Shown here in pieces: positions 38,000 through 50,496 of a stretch of 64,000 nt of DNA. The stretch's first letter is position 1; every line of letters begins with the position of its first letter. The position numbers and the translations under genes were made by a program. The notes below the pieces were generated by a model. It was not told where the DNA came from. It searched no databases and saw only the letters and a program-made list of their open reading frames with translations. Source of the DNA: Raillietiella orientalis (lineage: Eukaryota); contig JAYWIR010000004.1 of the NCBI GenBank assembly GCA_036172245.1, positions 124,001 to 188,000 of the forward strand, given 5' to 3'.

Positions 38000-40050
38000 C
38001 TTGACGTTTATCATTCCTCGCTTATGTGAACGTATTCGCTAATGTCCACAATAGACGTCAAAACAATCACATAGTGATGATTCCGTAGCATTCTTTATTT
38101 TAAGACCTTTCTTCCTGCATGGAATCTATCAGTTTTCAGCCTTGATGAGCTACTCTGTGGAGTGATTTCGGTTCCATCTGTTACGTTCGTCATCAACTCG
38201 GTCCCGCAAAGACATTGGTCAGAGACGAAATGTAGGTGCTCCTGACTGCATCTGCACGATTACTTTATAACTTCCCCACAGCAAGCCATTTGACGGGATG
38301 CATTAAACAGACCTTTGCTCAGATTTTGCACGTCCAGTGCGTCATCAAGCTGGTTTCTCGAGCCAGCAGAGCTCATCGTATCGATTCTCAAGGTCTCTTT
38401 CGGAAGCGAAAATGTTGAGCATATCGTGTTAAGAAGATGACAGAGGCATGTTCTTTTCGAAAGGAAGAAACGAATCCGAGTGGTATCACGTTCGGTCTTC
38501 TGTTTTCTGCAAAGGGAGTCTTCTGCGCATCCCGAAAGATCACGTCGATTCGCGCAGTGCGCGCAGGGAGCCTACCAAAACGTTCCACGCGACGTTGGAA
38601 ATCTCCAAAGCATTCGTGCAAATAAGTGGCATTTTAAAAGAGAAAGCCACCATGAATTTTTTTTTCTTGTTTTTCTTTTCTTCCTTCCTTTTTTTTCTTT
38701 CGTCTTCGAAAAAATATAAAAACAGCGAGCAACGAGAGGGACGAGTTTGTTTCTGATTGGTTTGCACTGCTGCAAATGTAACCGCAATGATCAGAGGTTT
38801 TTCTCTGAGCATTCTGGGTATGGCGTACCACCAAAAAAAATGGTACTGCACTGACGCCTGCCGCAGAAGCTGGTATCTCAGGAAACTTGCGAAGGTGGAA
38901 CCTCTGCCATGGAATTCGGCTTACAGTCACATCGGGACTTTGCCCACCTTGTTCGTAGGGAAGGGATAAAAAGTGAAGAAAGAAATGAGAGTGGGAGTGA
39001 GAAAAAGCCGTTGGCAGCAACGGCAGACGAGGCTGCTGCGGACCGAGTAGTATCAAGGGTGCCGAAGACAGGGGACACAGCAGCAGCCTGCACCTCAGGA
39101 CTGCCCTGAAACTGGCCTCCTTCTTCTCCTTGCTGCTCCCTTAAAGCTACCACTTTTCTAGACGTCTGGCACACTTGCTGTCACCACGAGGAATAGGAAA
39201 AGGGGAAGAACTGGGAGACAAGCCAGAAGAGTTGTTGGAAGGAGTTCTTGCAGGAAGATGGCGCTCACAGTCCCAAGATGGTTCCATCTCTGCAGTCGCG
39301 TTCTTTCGTAGGTGGCGCAGCTGAAGATTGTGGATCGTTGATGACTCACTCCACAGACGCTCGTGGGCAGTCCATGCTTCAGAGAGTTAAGTAGAAGTGT
39401 TTTGGTGATCCCAGATCCCGAGACCAATTGTCTCCTCCCTTGACTGTGGTCGTAGCCATTTCCTGGAATGGGTTGTGCATCTTCTCACTACTCGAACTTT
39501 TGCGAGCACGATTCGACAAAGATCCTTGCTTAATAAAGGAAGCTCAAGTACGTCTCCCTGCAAATGATAAGCTGCCGCTTCCATTTAGCAGCTGTGAGAC
39601 TAGCTCAGGAACGAGAACGCTGCGCACATTCTCTAGGGATAAAACGTAACAGGAAAAAAACAAAACAAAATTTCGGCGTGAAAAGAGAAGGAAGAAACTC
39701 GTCGGATTTCCCCACATCGGGACCAGTCGAGTGAGAATGGAAAAGAGCTATAGCACGGACAAACTTCATGTGCTCCCTGAACGCTGGGAGCGGCACTAGA
39801 ACGCACCTTGTCGGAAGCTACCGCTTCCCTTCGAGCTCACGATCCTCTGCTGTGGTGTCCTGCTCTGCACTTACACGGTGCTGCCGTTCCTCTTTCCTCT
39901 CTCACGCCTGAACACCTCTGATCCGCGAACTGCTCCAGAAAAGAGTGTACTCCGCCTTTTTCTACTGGATTTTCTCCGAAAAGTTCCTTATAGACGTCGT
40001 AGGCTTGGTCCTGATCCCCTCAGGACAAATCTTCGAAATTACTTGAGCCT
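38000..40050 (-). mobile_element. Heavily decayed APE-type non-LTR retrotransposon 5' half (ORF1 relic and endonuclease start)
   Basis: From about 38634 downward: MPLICTNALEISNVAWNVLVGSLR, then frameshifted RIDVIFRDAQKT, resembling the WNV.GL and D...LQET motifs of APE endonucleases; preceded by a GC-richer broken ORF1-like tract. Boundaries approximate. Confidence 0.5.
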
Positions 40051-42189
40051 TTGCTTACTTTTTGTCCTTTTGATGAAAATCTTATCATTGGGACTACTTC
40101 GTCCTCGGTCTCTGTTTTCTCCTGCACGGCTGCAATGCCTTTACACAATCAGCAATTGTGCATCAATGTTCCAATGCCATTTCCATGGAGGCTGTGCGAT
40201 ACTGGGATCGAATATATCCTAACATCCTTTGTTGTACAAAAAGCACATGCATTTTGTACAAAGAATGTTTCGTTCAATTCATTTCACAACCGTCTAAGAT
40301 CCTGTGTGCATCACTTCAGAGAAAAAATCACTGTGGGGCTGTCTCATGTGGTTCAAAAACTGAGATCCTCCGTGGGTTGCAGTGGATGGGAACTGTGCAG
40401 CTAAAACAAAGAACGATTGCAACATAACAACCTTGTTTGTCCGTAAACACGAGGGACATCTGAACATCTGAAAATTATTAAAGTCCATCTTTCTTGACGG
40501 TAAAGGTTGATGGATTGATGAGTATTTTTTTTTCCATTCCTTTTGAAGAGAATTTCATTTTGCTTGGTTTGATTTTCGCATCAGCATGGGCGAAACTGAA
40601 TTTCTTTGGAAACTGAAGTTGCAGTGCATCTCAGAAGTACTTGAACTCTGAAAAAAGTTCTGGATAATCGTAGATTGTTGTGGCTCTGACAAAAACACTT
40701 ATTAACAACATGTTTTCGAGTTTTCCACTGCTCAGCCTAGTCAAGGTGCAGTGTTTATAGGTAACGTACTTTTGTGAAGTCTTCCCTCAAGCCTCAGCGT
40801 TCGAAGTATCAGTGCACACCATAATGATACGATTCACTGATTTCCCTCATATGTTTTCTGTTGGTAGTATTGCTCCTTCATTTTTCTGTTTTGGTTTTTC
40901 TTATCATTCTTATTCATTTCTCTGTGCTGACTGCTCATGCCAACTTCTCTTTGTGGAGGAGAGAGAAATGGAGAAGACGAGCTAGCACGCAGAGGAGTCG
41001 AATAAAAATAGCCAACTTATACAATAGGGAAAAAAAGTATGTTTTAAAACAGTTTTATAATAGGGCTGGAAAGGAAATTTTGTAAGATGAATGTTGCAGA
41101 TGTTTACAAATCTTATGAGAAGGGAAACAAGAGACGTACTCTTAGAACGTTGTAAATTGCAATGAGTGCGGAGTGTTGAGCTAATGCACTGCAATCGTGA
41201 GGCAAGAAAGATGATTGACTGCATTTTTGAATCCTAACACATGTGTAAGGCGAGTACACAAGGCATTAGACGCAGATGGTTTTGGAATAATAAGTTCTGT
41301 TCCAAAAGTTTTGCGTTAGAACACATTTCAGGTGTTGGAAATTGATTTCTGTTCTGTAGCAGCAAGCAGGGAAACTCGTTCTGTATTCAGAAACAAAAGA
41401 ACACAGAAAGAGAAAATATAGATTTCCGAAAGATTCTAATTAACCTGGACTGCTAATGGAAGAGATTATAATGATGTACCAGAGGACGAACGAAGAGCAT
41501 CCGTTTGAATCAGCCAAGCCAGTAGTTCAAAGATTTCTGGGTGGATTGTGAGAAAGCATACCAGTAATATTCAATATTTGCTTTTTCTAAACATTAGAAA
41601 AAAATATATCATCCTTACTTGCTCATCATGAACTTTGGAATAAATAAGAGCTTGGGCATTATAAATATATATATATTTCAAATTTGATGCAAGCACGTTT
41701 ACTAATTAGCTTGTCAAATATTGTTCACTATTATTTAAGGAAAAAACATTGGGAAGGGCAACGGAAACGAGATTCATAATTCTGAGCATCGTAAATTTCT
41801 GATCACGGTGCTTCACTGAAATCCAGAGCAGTAAAGAGCGATTGCTTCGGGGCTCGTAAAGGTCTGTGGTGTTAGCAAGGGTTCTACAGAATTCGGGATG
41901 CAACTTTAGCATCGAAGATTTGAATTTTTGTTCCTCTCAGCGACTGGAGTCGTTGCCTCCCTCCTCCCCCCCCTTTTTTGTTGTGTTCTGGTTTTCGTGC
42001 GTCTCAACCGGAGCTCAATTGCGTTTCTTCGGTTTCTCGGTCGGGCAGAAAAACCGGTATTTCCTTCCCCGAGACACCGGGACTCATGAACATGGAATTT
42101 TTACGAATGCACGGTTTCGTGGGGGGCTGAGTCAGAAACCCATCGAGTCCGATGATATAGGTGACCGCCGAGCACAGTGACATAGTACC

Positions 42190-44144
42190 ATGCAAAACAG
42201 CAGTTCTCAGGTGGGGCTCATAGCCTATGAAGTGTCAAATGTAAGTAGCAGACCAGACGAAATTAGCTCACAACCCGACGTGATTGATGAGGTTCAGCAA
42301 AACAATCTGAGCTGGAAATCGTATCCAAGGAGGTATTGGTTTTCACTGCTGGTTCTGTGCTTCCTTAATGTTATCAATTACATGGATCGATTTACAATGG
42401 CAGGTAAGGGAGGAATAAAATGTACGAGTTTCAAAGTTTTTTTTTTTTCTTTTGCCTCATGAAACTAAAGGTGTCCTAGAGGATATAAAAGAATTTTTTC
42501 ATATCCACAATGACCTTGGTGGATTGATTCCAACAGTTTTCATCATTTCTTACATGATCTGTGCCCCAATATTTGGTTACCTCGGAGATCGCTATAGCCG
42601 GAGAGTAATTATGGCACTAGGAGTACTTTTATGGAGTGGAACTACTCTTGCCGGATCCTATACAAATGTATGTAAAACCTTCATCTAGAAATTTTGTATC
42701 TTAGAATTTTAAAGTCGTTTGTTTTATTCTTGGTATTTCGTGCTTTTGTTGGAATAGGTGAAGCAAGTTATTCAACCATAGCCCCAACAATAATAAGCGA
42801 TATGTTTTCTGGGAAGATGAGATCAAAAACACTCTCGGCATTTTACTTTGCAATTCCTGTTGGAAGGTACTTTAGTAATGTTGGAACATTAGCATTAATT
42901 AGCATGTTAATAGTGGACTTGGTTTCATTACTGGGTCAAAGATTGCCCAAGCCTTACATTCATGGCAGTGGAGTCTCAGAGTAACACCCTCACTTGGATT
43001 AGTTGCAATTGTTTTATTGATTTTTGTTCTGACTGATCCACCTCATGGTGCATCTATTAATGCACACATTCAAACTACATCATGGTCTACTGATATTAAA
43101 GAACTAATCTACAAGTAAGATCGAGTATTTTTTAATTAGTGAACTCATGTACAATATCCAGCCTGACTTTTGTGTTATCAACTATTGGATTCACTTGTGT
43201 TTGCTTTGTTTCTGGAGCATTAGCTTGGTGGGGTCCAACTTTTATACAGCTTGGTTTAAAAGTCCAAGGTATTGATGAGGCAACTCAAAACAGGTATTTT
43301 GTTTTCGAATTTGTATTTCGAATTTTTTTTTTTACTTTCATACCAGTGTTCCATTGATTTTTGGGTTCCTTGCAATGTTTTCGGGATTGCTGGGAGTACC
43401 TCTTGGCACTTACTTGTCTTCAAATCTAAAAAACAAGTTTCCCAATGCTGATGCACTAGTCTGTGCTGCTGCTCTGTTGATAAGCTGCCCATTATTAGCA
43501 GCTGCATTTGTACTGGCTGAATACAATTTGAAAGCCACTTATATTTTGATCTTCCTTGGTGAACTGTCTTTAAATTTAAATTGGGCCATTATTGCTGACA
43601 TATTATTTGTAAGTTAGAAGACTCAAAATGAGTCAGAAGAATACTGAATCACTACTAGTATGTTGTGGTTCCTACTCGCTGTGCAACTGCAGAGGCATTC
43701 CAGATTCTTACATCGCATGCTCTTGGTGATGCCATTAGCCCATACTTAATTGGGCAGGTATGTCTAATTATTTTTTCTGTAACCAAACTATCAGTTGTTA
43801 GATATCTCAAAGCCTAAAAAATGCAAGCACAGATGCTGACGAAGTAATGATCAATTTCACCAGTCTTCAATATGCTTGCTTCGTTTGCACAGGTGTTCAG
43901 ATAATTGGAGTGCTTTTTTTCCTAGGCTCTGCAAAGTACTTGCAAAGTGATCAGTCTAAAGCACAGAGCGAAAGCAAAGGTAACCTTATTCCATAATTTG
44001 GCAGACTTTGCTTGCATAGTTGGTATCATGTTAACTCTTGATCTAAAGTCATGATTTCAACTGTATAATCAAAATTTCTTCGTAGATGGTGTAAAGAGTG
44101 ATGTCTTCTCCCAATCCCACCCAGGCATAAATAAAACGAGCTGA
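42190..44144 (+). CDS. spin: Protein spinster (SPNS-family MFS lysosomal transporter), 9 exons
   Basis: [100 protein letters not shown]. Introns 42404-42470, 42668-42714, 42867-42913, 43115-43161, 43294-43346, 43609-43658, 43758-43801 and 43980-44085 keep frame. Confidence 0.96.
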
Positions 44145-44201
44145 TTTCACAACATTGTTATGCAAATCATTGCTGGAGCACAGAACTGTCTGAAGTTCAC
44201 T

Positions 44202-45580
44202 TCATTTTGCCTGCCAGTCAGGTGGCAATACTCTGTATTTAAACCATACTTTATCTTTCAGTTTTTGTGGAATAACCATTATGGTAGTCAAAGTATTTCC
44301 CAGAAAAAGAATAAAGAATATTACAGCTAGAACTGGCTCCTAAAAGAGCAAATTTGCCAATCAATGCTACTCAGACTTACATGCCACTTGGCTTCTGGAT
44401 GTGAAGCTAACTGTAGCAAAGTGTATGCATTGTGTATCTGGAAGACATACACAATAAACAAAAAAGGAAGCAAGAAACTCAAGCCTCTCCACATCCAATG
44501 ATGAAATCCTTCAATGGTAATATCCATGTTATGACGTTCCCCAAGAGCTTTAAGTCTGTAAAGGCAACCTCGTTGATATTGAAACTGAAGAAACTGCACA
44601 AAAGCTACCAAACACATTCCTGCTGTTATGAAATATGTATTTACCAATATAAAGATTGAATACCATAAACTGGGAACGAAAACTGTAATATGTTGGACCA
44701 CATGGCCACACCAGAAGAACAGCTGATAAGCCAGACATTATAAAATGATGAACTCTCCACCATCCCTTGATTCGGGAACCATTGACTTTAAGAATGCTCT
44801 CTCTAATTGTAAGTGTGCAGTAATACCACACCAGAAGAAACATGAAAGACAATTCTATAATCCTAACAACAATACTATCACAGTCATTCTAATACAAACC
44901 TGGATGTTGTGATCAAGCATGTAGCAGCAAGAATCATATTAATTGTTGTAACAATTATTTTGAATTTTTCGTACTCATCTTTGTAACGAAATCTGTAAAG
45001 TATGATGATATACTCAGGCACTGTTGTCATCTCACCTTTCTTGCTTATTGAGTATGGATACATTAACACTACCCAAAATAATACGCAAATATGGTACTGA
45101 AGACTGAGGCAGTGCTTGTTCCATTTCTGCAAGCTGTGCTTGTCTTCTGACAACTTTCCTCTGCAAAATATCCACTTCTTCCATGTTTTCAAGATCATCT
45201 TTCTTTATTCTAACAGATGAAAACACATGCCCTTATTGCAAACTATGACTTGTATTTGACAGCTGGGCAATTTCACAATTACAAATATTCAGCACTTACA
45301 CTTTCAAATTATTAACAATGTTGGTTATGCCATATCTCTGGTGTTTAATTTGGTTTGAAATGCTGTTCTGCAGTTCTGATAATTCATCTAGTTTTGCCAA
45401 GTACCCAGCATGCTTTTTCTGCAATGAAATTGTTCCACGGGGTATTTTTGAAAACGTGTCCCCCAAAGCACCCTTGTGCAAACTCACTTCCAAGCTTTTG
45501 TAATCATCTGCCAAATCCTGCCATTTCAACAAAATTGCTTTCCATTTATCTGATTCCATGTAGCTGACTGCAGAATTCAT
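44202..45580 (-). CDS. TMEM120: Transmembrane protein 120 homolog, multi-exon
   Basis: [103 protein letters not shown]. Start at 45580 or 45559. Confidence 0.96.
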
Positions 45581-48500
45581 GAACTTAACACTTCCGTATG
45601 CTTTTTGCAAGTGAACTGAGCCTTTTCATGAGTCGAAACATTCAGATTCTCGGAATCATGTCATGCGATTGACTTTCTCAAATAAGCCAGCAAGCTTCGA
45701 GATTGTCTTCGCCTAAGAATAAACATGTTTCTACACTCAATCGCATTACTTTACGCAACTTCTAAACTTAGGCAGAGCGTTGAGGAATCACATGGGCGTA
45801 CTTTCGAGAGTTCCTCGTTGGACTGCCCATAGGCTTAAAGATTATACGATTAAATTCCTCGTCACCATGTGACTTGCCCAACATGATGCAAAATAGTTCG
45901 ATCCTTTTATCATTTCAATCGAGTAAAAAACAAGTGTGCTTGAAACTTTTAACAAAAAGGCGGAATCTGACTAAAGAAAAGATATCGGTGGAACAGAAAT
46001 TAATAAGTTTTTTACATATGGCATAGGATTTCGCTTGCAAACGCAAAGAATTCTCGTTGATGTTTCATATTTACAAAATTTTCGAAAGCACGCACAAAAC
46101 CGGCAGTTTTTAGGTAATGATCACAACACGAGATCACAGCCCAGTTGCAGAATTAAGGAAGCTTCTTTCTCCAGTAAAAGTTCAAATATGGCATTTTGTT
46201 TATATGTATTGTGCCACAATATGCCTTTTTTAAGATAATGTTCAAGTGTCAAAAACAAAAAAAAAGCATTAAATGCAAGTAAATTTTATAACTTTTAAGT
46301 GATGCATTATTTACTTAATGTGATACTTCTGCGTGCATTGTGGATGAGAAATGCTAAATCATTCGTCTTTCATACCCGATGTTTGGTTCTGATAGAATTT
46401 TTCATGGTCGTAAATTTCATATTTGCTGAATATGTAAAGACAATCATGTGAAGGATTAATTTTCTTTATTGTTTTCCAAAGACTGCAACACATAGTAAGA
46501 TAAGGACCACTAATAAAAGTGGATTGATTAGAGTACCTGTTTGGATACATTGTTCATCATGCTGAGTTCAGTGAGAGTAACTTTTAGTATGAAAAGTAGA
46601 CGGACTTATATATCTGTATATCTGCACATGAAAATAAATCTCTCTCGATATCTTATGGATCAATTTCTTTAGTCACAACATCATAATTCCGTTTCTGTTT
46701 CAGTAAAGAAGCTTAATCAGAAGTAGAAAAAGAAGTATCTACCTAAGGTGCTGCGCAAATTTGCTTTCATCGGTGCATTCCACAATCTGAACATTTGCAT
46801 TTTCCAATTCTCCTCATTCTCTAATGCATACTGTAAGTATTAGCATCAGTTATTGGCAACGTATGTACCTGCAGTTGAGAACCGATAAATAGCCAGGTAT
46901 AGAGGCGTCCATGCTTTTTTTTTTTAAAAAAAAAATAATGTTACGGCCATTTTAATTCCAATTTCATTGCTAATTTCGTTTTACAAATTCCAGTTTTATT
47001 AGTTTTTGTACATAATGCTTTTACACTGTGTGAGATGTTCTTTCAAATGAAAAAAAATGAAAGAAGAGTAAAAGAATCCATATGTCAAGATTCTCAAGAA
47101 ACAAAATACTGATAAATTTGTCCGAAAACTCAGTTTTTGCGAATGAGCTTTGAAATCGAATCTTATTTTCAAAGGCGTGCTTTCCTTATACACCGATAAA
47201 AAAGGAATCCACTCTTGATATTGCATAGTGATAAATGAGAATGTGATACTTCCCTAATTTGTTCAATTAGAGTTTCTCTTTTATTCTAGAACTTCCAACA
47301 CAGATATTCCAAGTTCTCATTCAGCGTCCACGCGTGCCTAATATAGCCTTTATGTTGAAAATCTGCTTTCGTGAAGCTGATCTATGAACCGATCTATAAA
47401 GTAATTTCTCTTTCATCCTATACAAACACCATATAATTTGAATTAAATTATACCAAATATCAGTTTGACTTTTAAATTTGTACTAGACATTGACCGGAAA
47501 AGAAATCTGTGCTTTGAAATTCTCAATTCCTTTCATAATACATAGATGAGTACAAAACAAGAAAAAAAAAATAAAAAAAGATCTTAGATATTTCTCAAGG
47601 AATATGAAGATTCTTCTAACGATAAATGCACAACTTGGAATTATAGCCTTAGGCTTTCATATGCATCAGAAAACAAATTTTCGAAAACATAATAAAATGT
47701 ATTCCCTGATTGATCGTATTCATCGGGAATATCTAATAGGTAGGAAAAATCAAGTTCAGAACTTTCATCACTCAAGATGAAGATCTCAGTTTGATTCCAC
47801 TTTGCATAATTACGTCTGTTGCACTTTTATAACTACGGTAAAGTAATTATTATCGTATGTTATCGACAGCACCTAATTGCATCAGAATGATTCTTTTAGT
47901 ATTGCCTCTCTGGCTTACGTTCTTGGATATCTAACATTGTTTCCTGATTTTCTAGAAGCAAAGATTTTTTCCAACAAATCTTTCAGCAGTCAGCTTATTC
48001 ACAAAATCACTTCCAAGCTCGATGTAGGATATTGTTTCGCATATCTTCTCTGTCAATTAAATCACATATCAGTCTTTTTAGAATAACCCTTTCATGAAAT
48101 CCATGCTTGGAAAATACCGTGAAATCGAAATGGTGCAAAGAACCAATAATTACCTAAAGGAAGATGTTCTTATCTTCCATTCTTCTTTATATTGGCATGT
48201 TTGTCCTTTTGATTTGAATCATTTTCTAACATCCAAATTATATGAGGATCTCTTTAGTATTTGAATTTGCTACAGATGAAAAACTACCTTTTTATTTCAC
48301 TCTTATCTCACGGACTATTTTCTTCACCATTTCTTCACATTTTCTATCTTAAATTGTTTCTAAAGATGTTAATGAATTACTGTCTAAGGACGAATTGAGA
48401 GAGATTCAATCATTCTACTGGATCTTGATGGTACCAAATCGTCAAAGTGGTTTCAAAAAATTGCAAATTAAAGTGTTTTGCTGTTTTCCAAAGAAATTGC

Positions 48501-50496
48501 AACGCTCATCACTCAAGAGCTCTTTAGACTCCAGTCTGCAGTATTCGTGAGAAAAATGAAAAACATTCTTCTGCTCCACAACTGACAAAGAGATACATTA
48601 CCGTTTACTCACCCAGGATTCCAATTTTCTTTAAGGAATGCATTAATATCAAGAAAGGCACCAAAGTTGCGAGCACGGAAAGACGGAAAAAGACGGAAAA
48701 TTCGTTCTAGCAATGCCATTTGGAAAAGCAAAATCAAGTAAGATCTGATGAGATGACAAACAGCCATCAAAGAATGAAAAATATTTACGTAGTACAATGA
48801 ATGTTTATTAAAAATTGGACTTTATAAGTCAAAGGGTATGTCAAGCTTTATCAAAAACTGACACATTTAATAGTGTAATTTTTGAATATTTGTATGTTCT
48901 CCTTATCTGATACTCAGAGCATGCTTTTTATTAGGTCCAATCTCAAGGATTCTTCAATCTATGATTCTTTTTTGAAAGATCGAGCAACACTTTTTTTGGA
49001 TTTAGTATTATATATTTCTGTCTATGGGAAGTTCCGGCAATGATTGTGAATAAAGATTAAGATTATATGAATATTAAATACTACGAGTAAAAATCCTACT
49101 GATTATAAGACTTACTCTAGTGAATACTGAAGCTTTTACTGAATAGTGCGATTTAAATTTGTTTAGAAAACACATTAAGACATAGCCACATAAAAATATC
49201 TTTGGGAAACCAAACTGAAATGACCTTATTATATAAAGGTACTTTGTCCAATGCCTCAAATATTCTCTGGACAGAAATGCTAACAGGAAACAAATAAAGT
49301 ATCCAGCTTCTGTTTGTTTAGTATACTTTGTTCCTGAGATCTGTAGGAATTCTTCTGGAATTTTTAAATGACTGACTTATTTACAGTTTTAGCTTCATTA
49401 AAAAGAGTCAAAAGAAGTTAAGAATTCTTTTAGTAAATTATTGTCTATAAATGATTTTCTAACGATATGATTTCTAACGATTTCTTACAGGCTCTGCCAA
49501 ATATTTTTCGATTTTTTAATAATTTCAATCATATAATCAGATCGTTTAGGGATTTTTGAATTTTTCTATCTAGATTCTTGTACATTTCTTTGATTTGATA
49601 TGCCTAACGAAAATGCCCCACTATCAACGCCAGATGCAACAGCAATTTCTTTGACTATCTAGTGGTGGACTTCGAGAAACGAAAAATTATGCTGGAGCAT
49701 AAATGTCATGTTTCAGGCAAACCCAAAATCTGTTTATCAATACACATGTTTAGCGGTTGTTATGCTTTAATTTCTTCACGACTCACGATGTTTTCTTAGA
49801 ACATTTCACTTGAGTATTTTTTCGAGCACTTGTTCTTGTGTGTATTGATTATAGAAAAAATGATGCACTATACTACCACTATGGAAGCGTTATGTGCTAG
49901 GTTTTTTGCTATTTTATTAGCAAGGATTATGAACGTCTGTACAGTAATTAAAAGGTTATACCCAGAAAATATACCAGAATTGGAACAAAACTTCCATAAG
50001 ATTCTGAAATATCAATATTATTAGTGTGAGGCATTAAAGTTAAATAGGTCGACTCATTCAGTTTGACTTAATTGTTTGAGATATTTGATGGTAAAACGAT
50101 TCATGGAATTTTGAGGATCTTTTTGGTAGAATAACGCATAATGATGTGATGTGTGAATTCTGTCTGTAGTATCAAAGAATGGAGAGAAGATTGAAAAGAG
50201 TACCAATAAGATACTTAGATAATGGTCTATCATCTTTTTTAGAAAAAAGATCAAAAACTTAAGAAATCGATAATGTTGTCTACTTGTTTGACTCATCCTT
50301 GTATCAAATCTTAGATGTCGCAATTTGAACGTGTTTGTGCTGGTATTCGTGTATTGTGTGTGTTCTCTAGCCATTCGCAAAACTTTGGAACAGAATAGGG
50401 GGGGAAAAGAAAATAAAAAGAATAAATAAACATGTAAACAGTAAGTGTAGGCCTTGCAAGTGCAGATGAGTCAGGGAATAAAGTTTCGTGAGCAAA

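Noticed and set aside
48380..48800. Possible two-exon minus-strand gene (MALLERIFRLFPSF...)
   Set aside because: The second exon hits stops quickly and has no recognisable homology.
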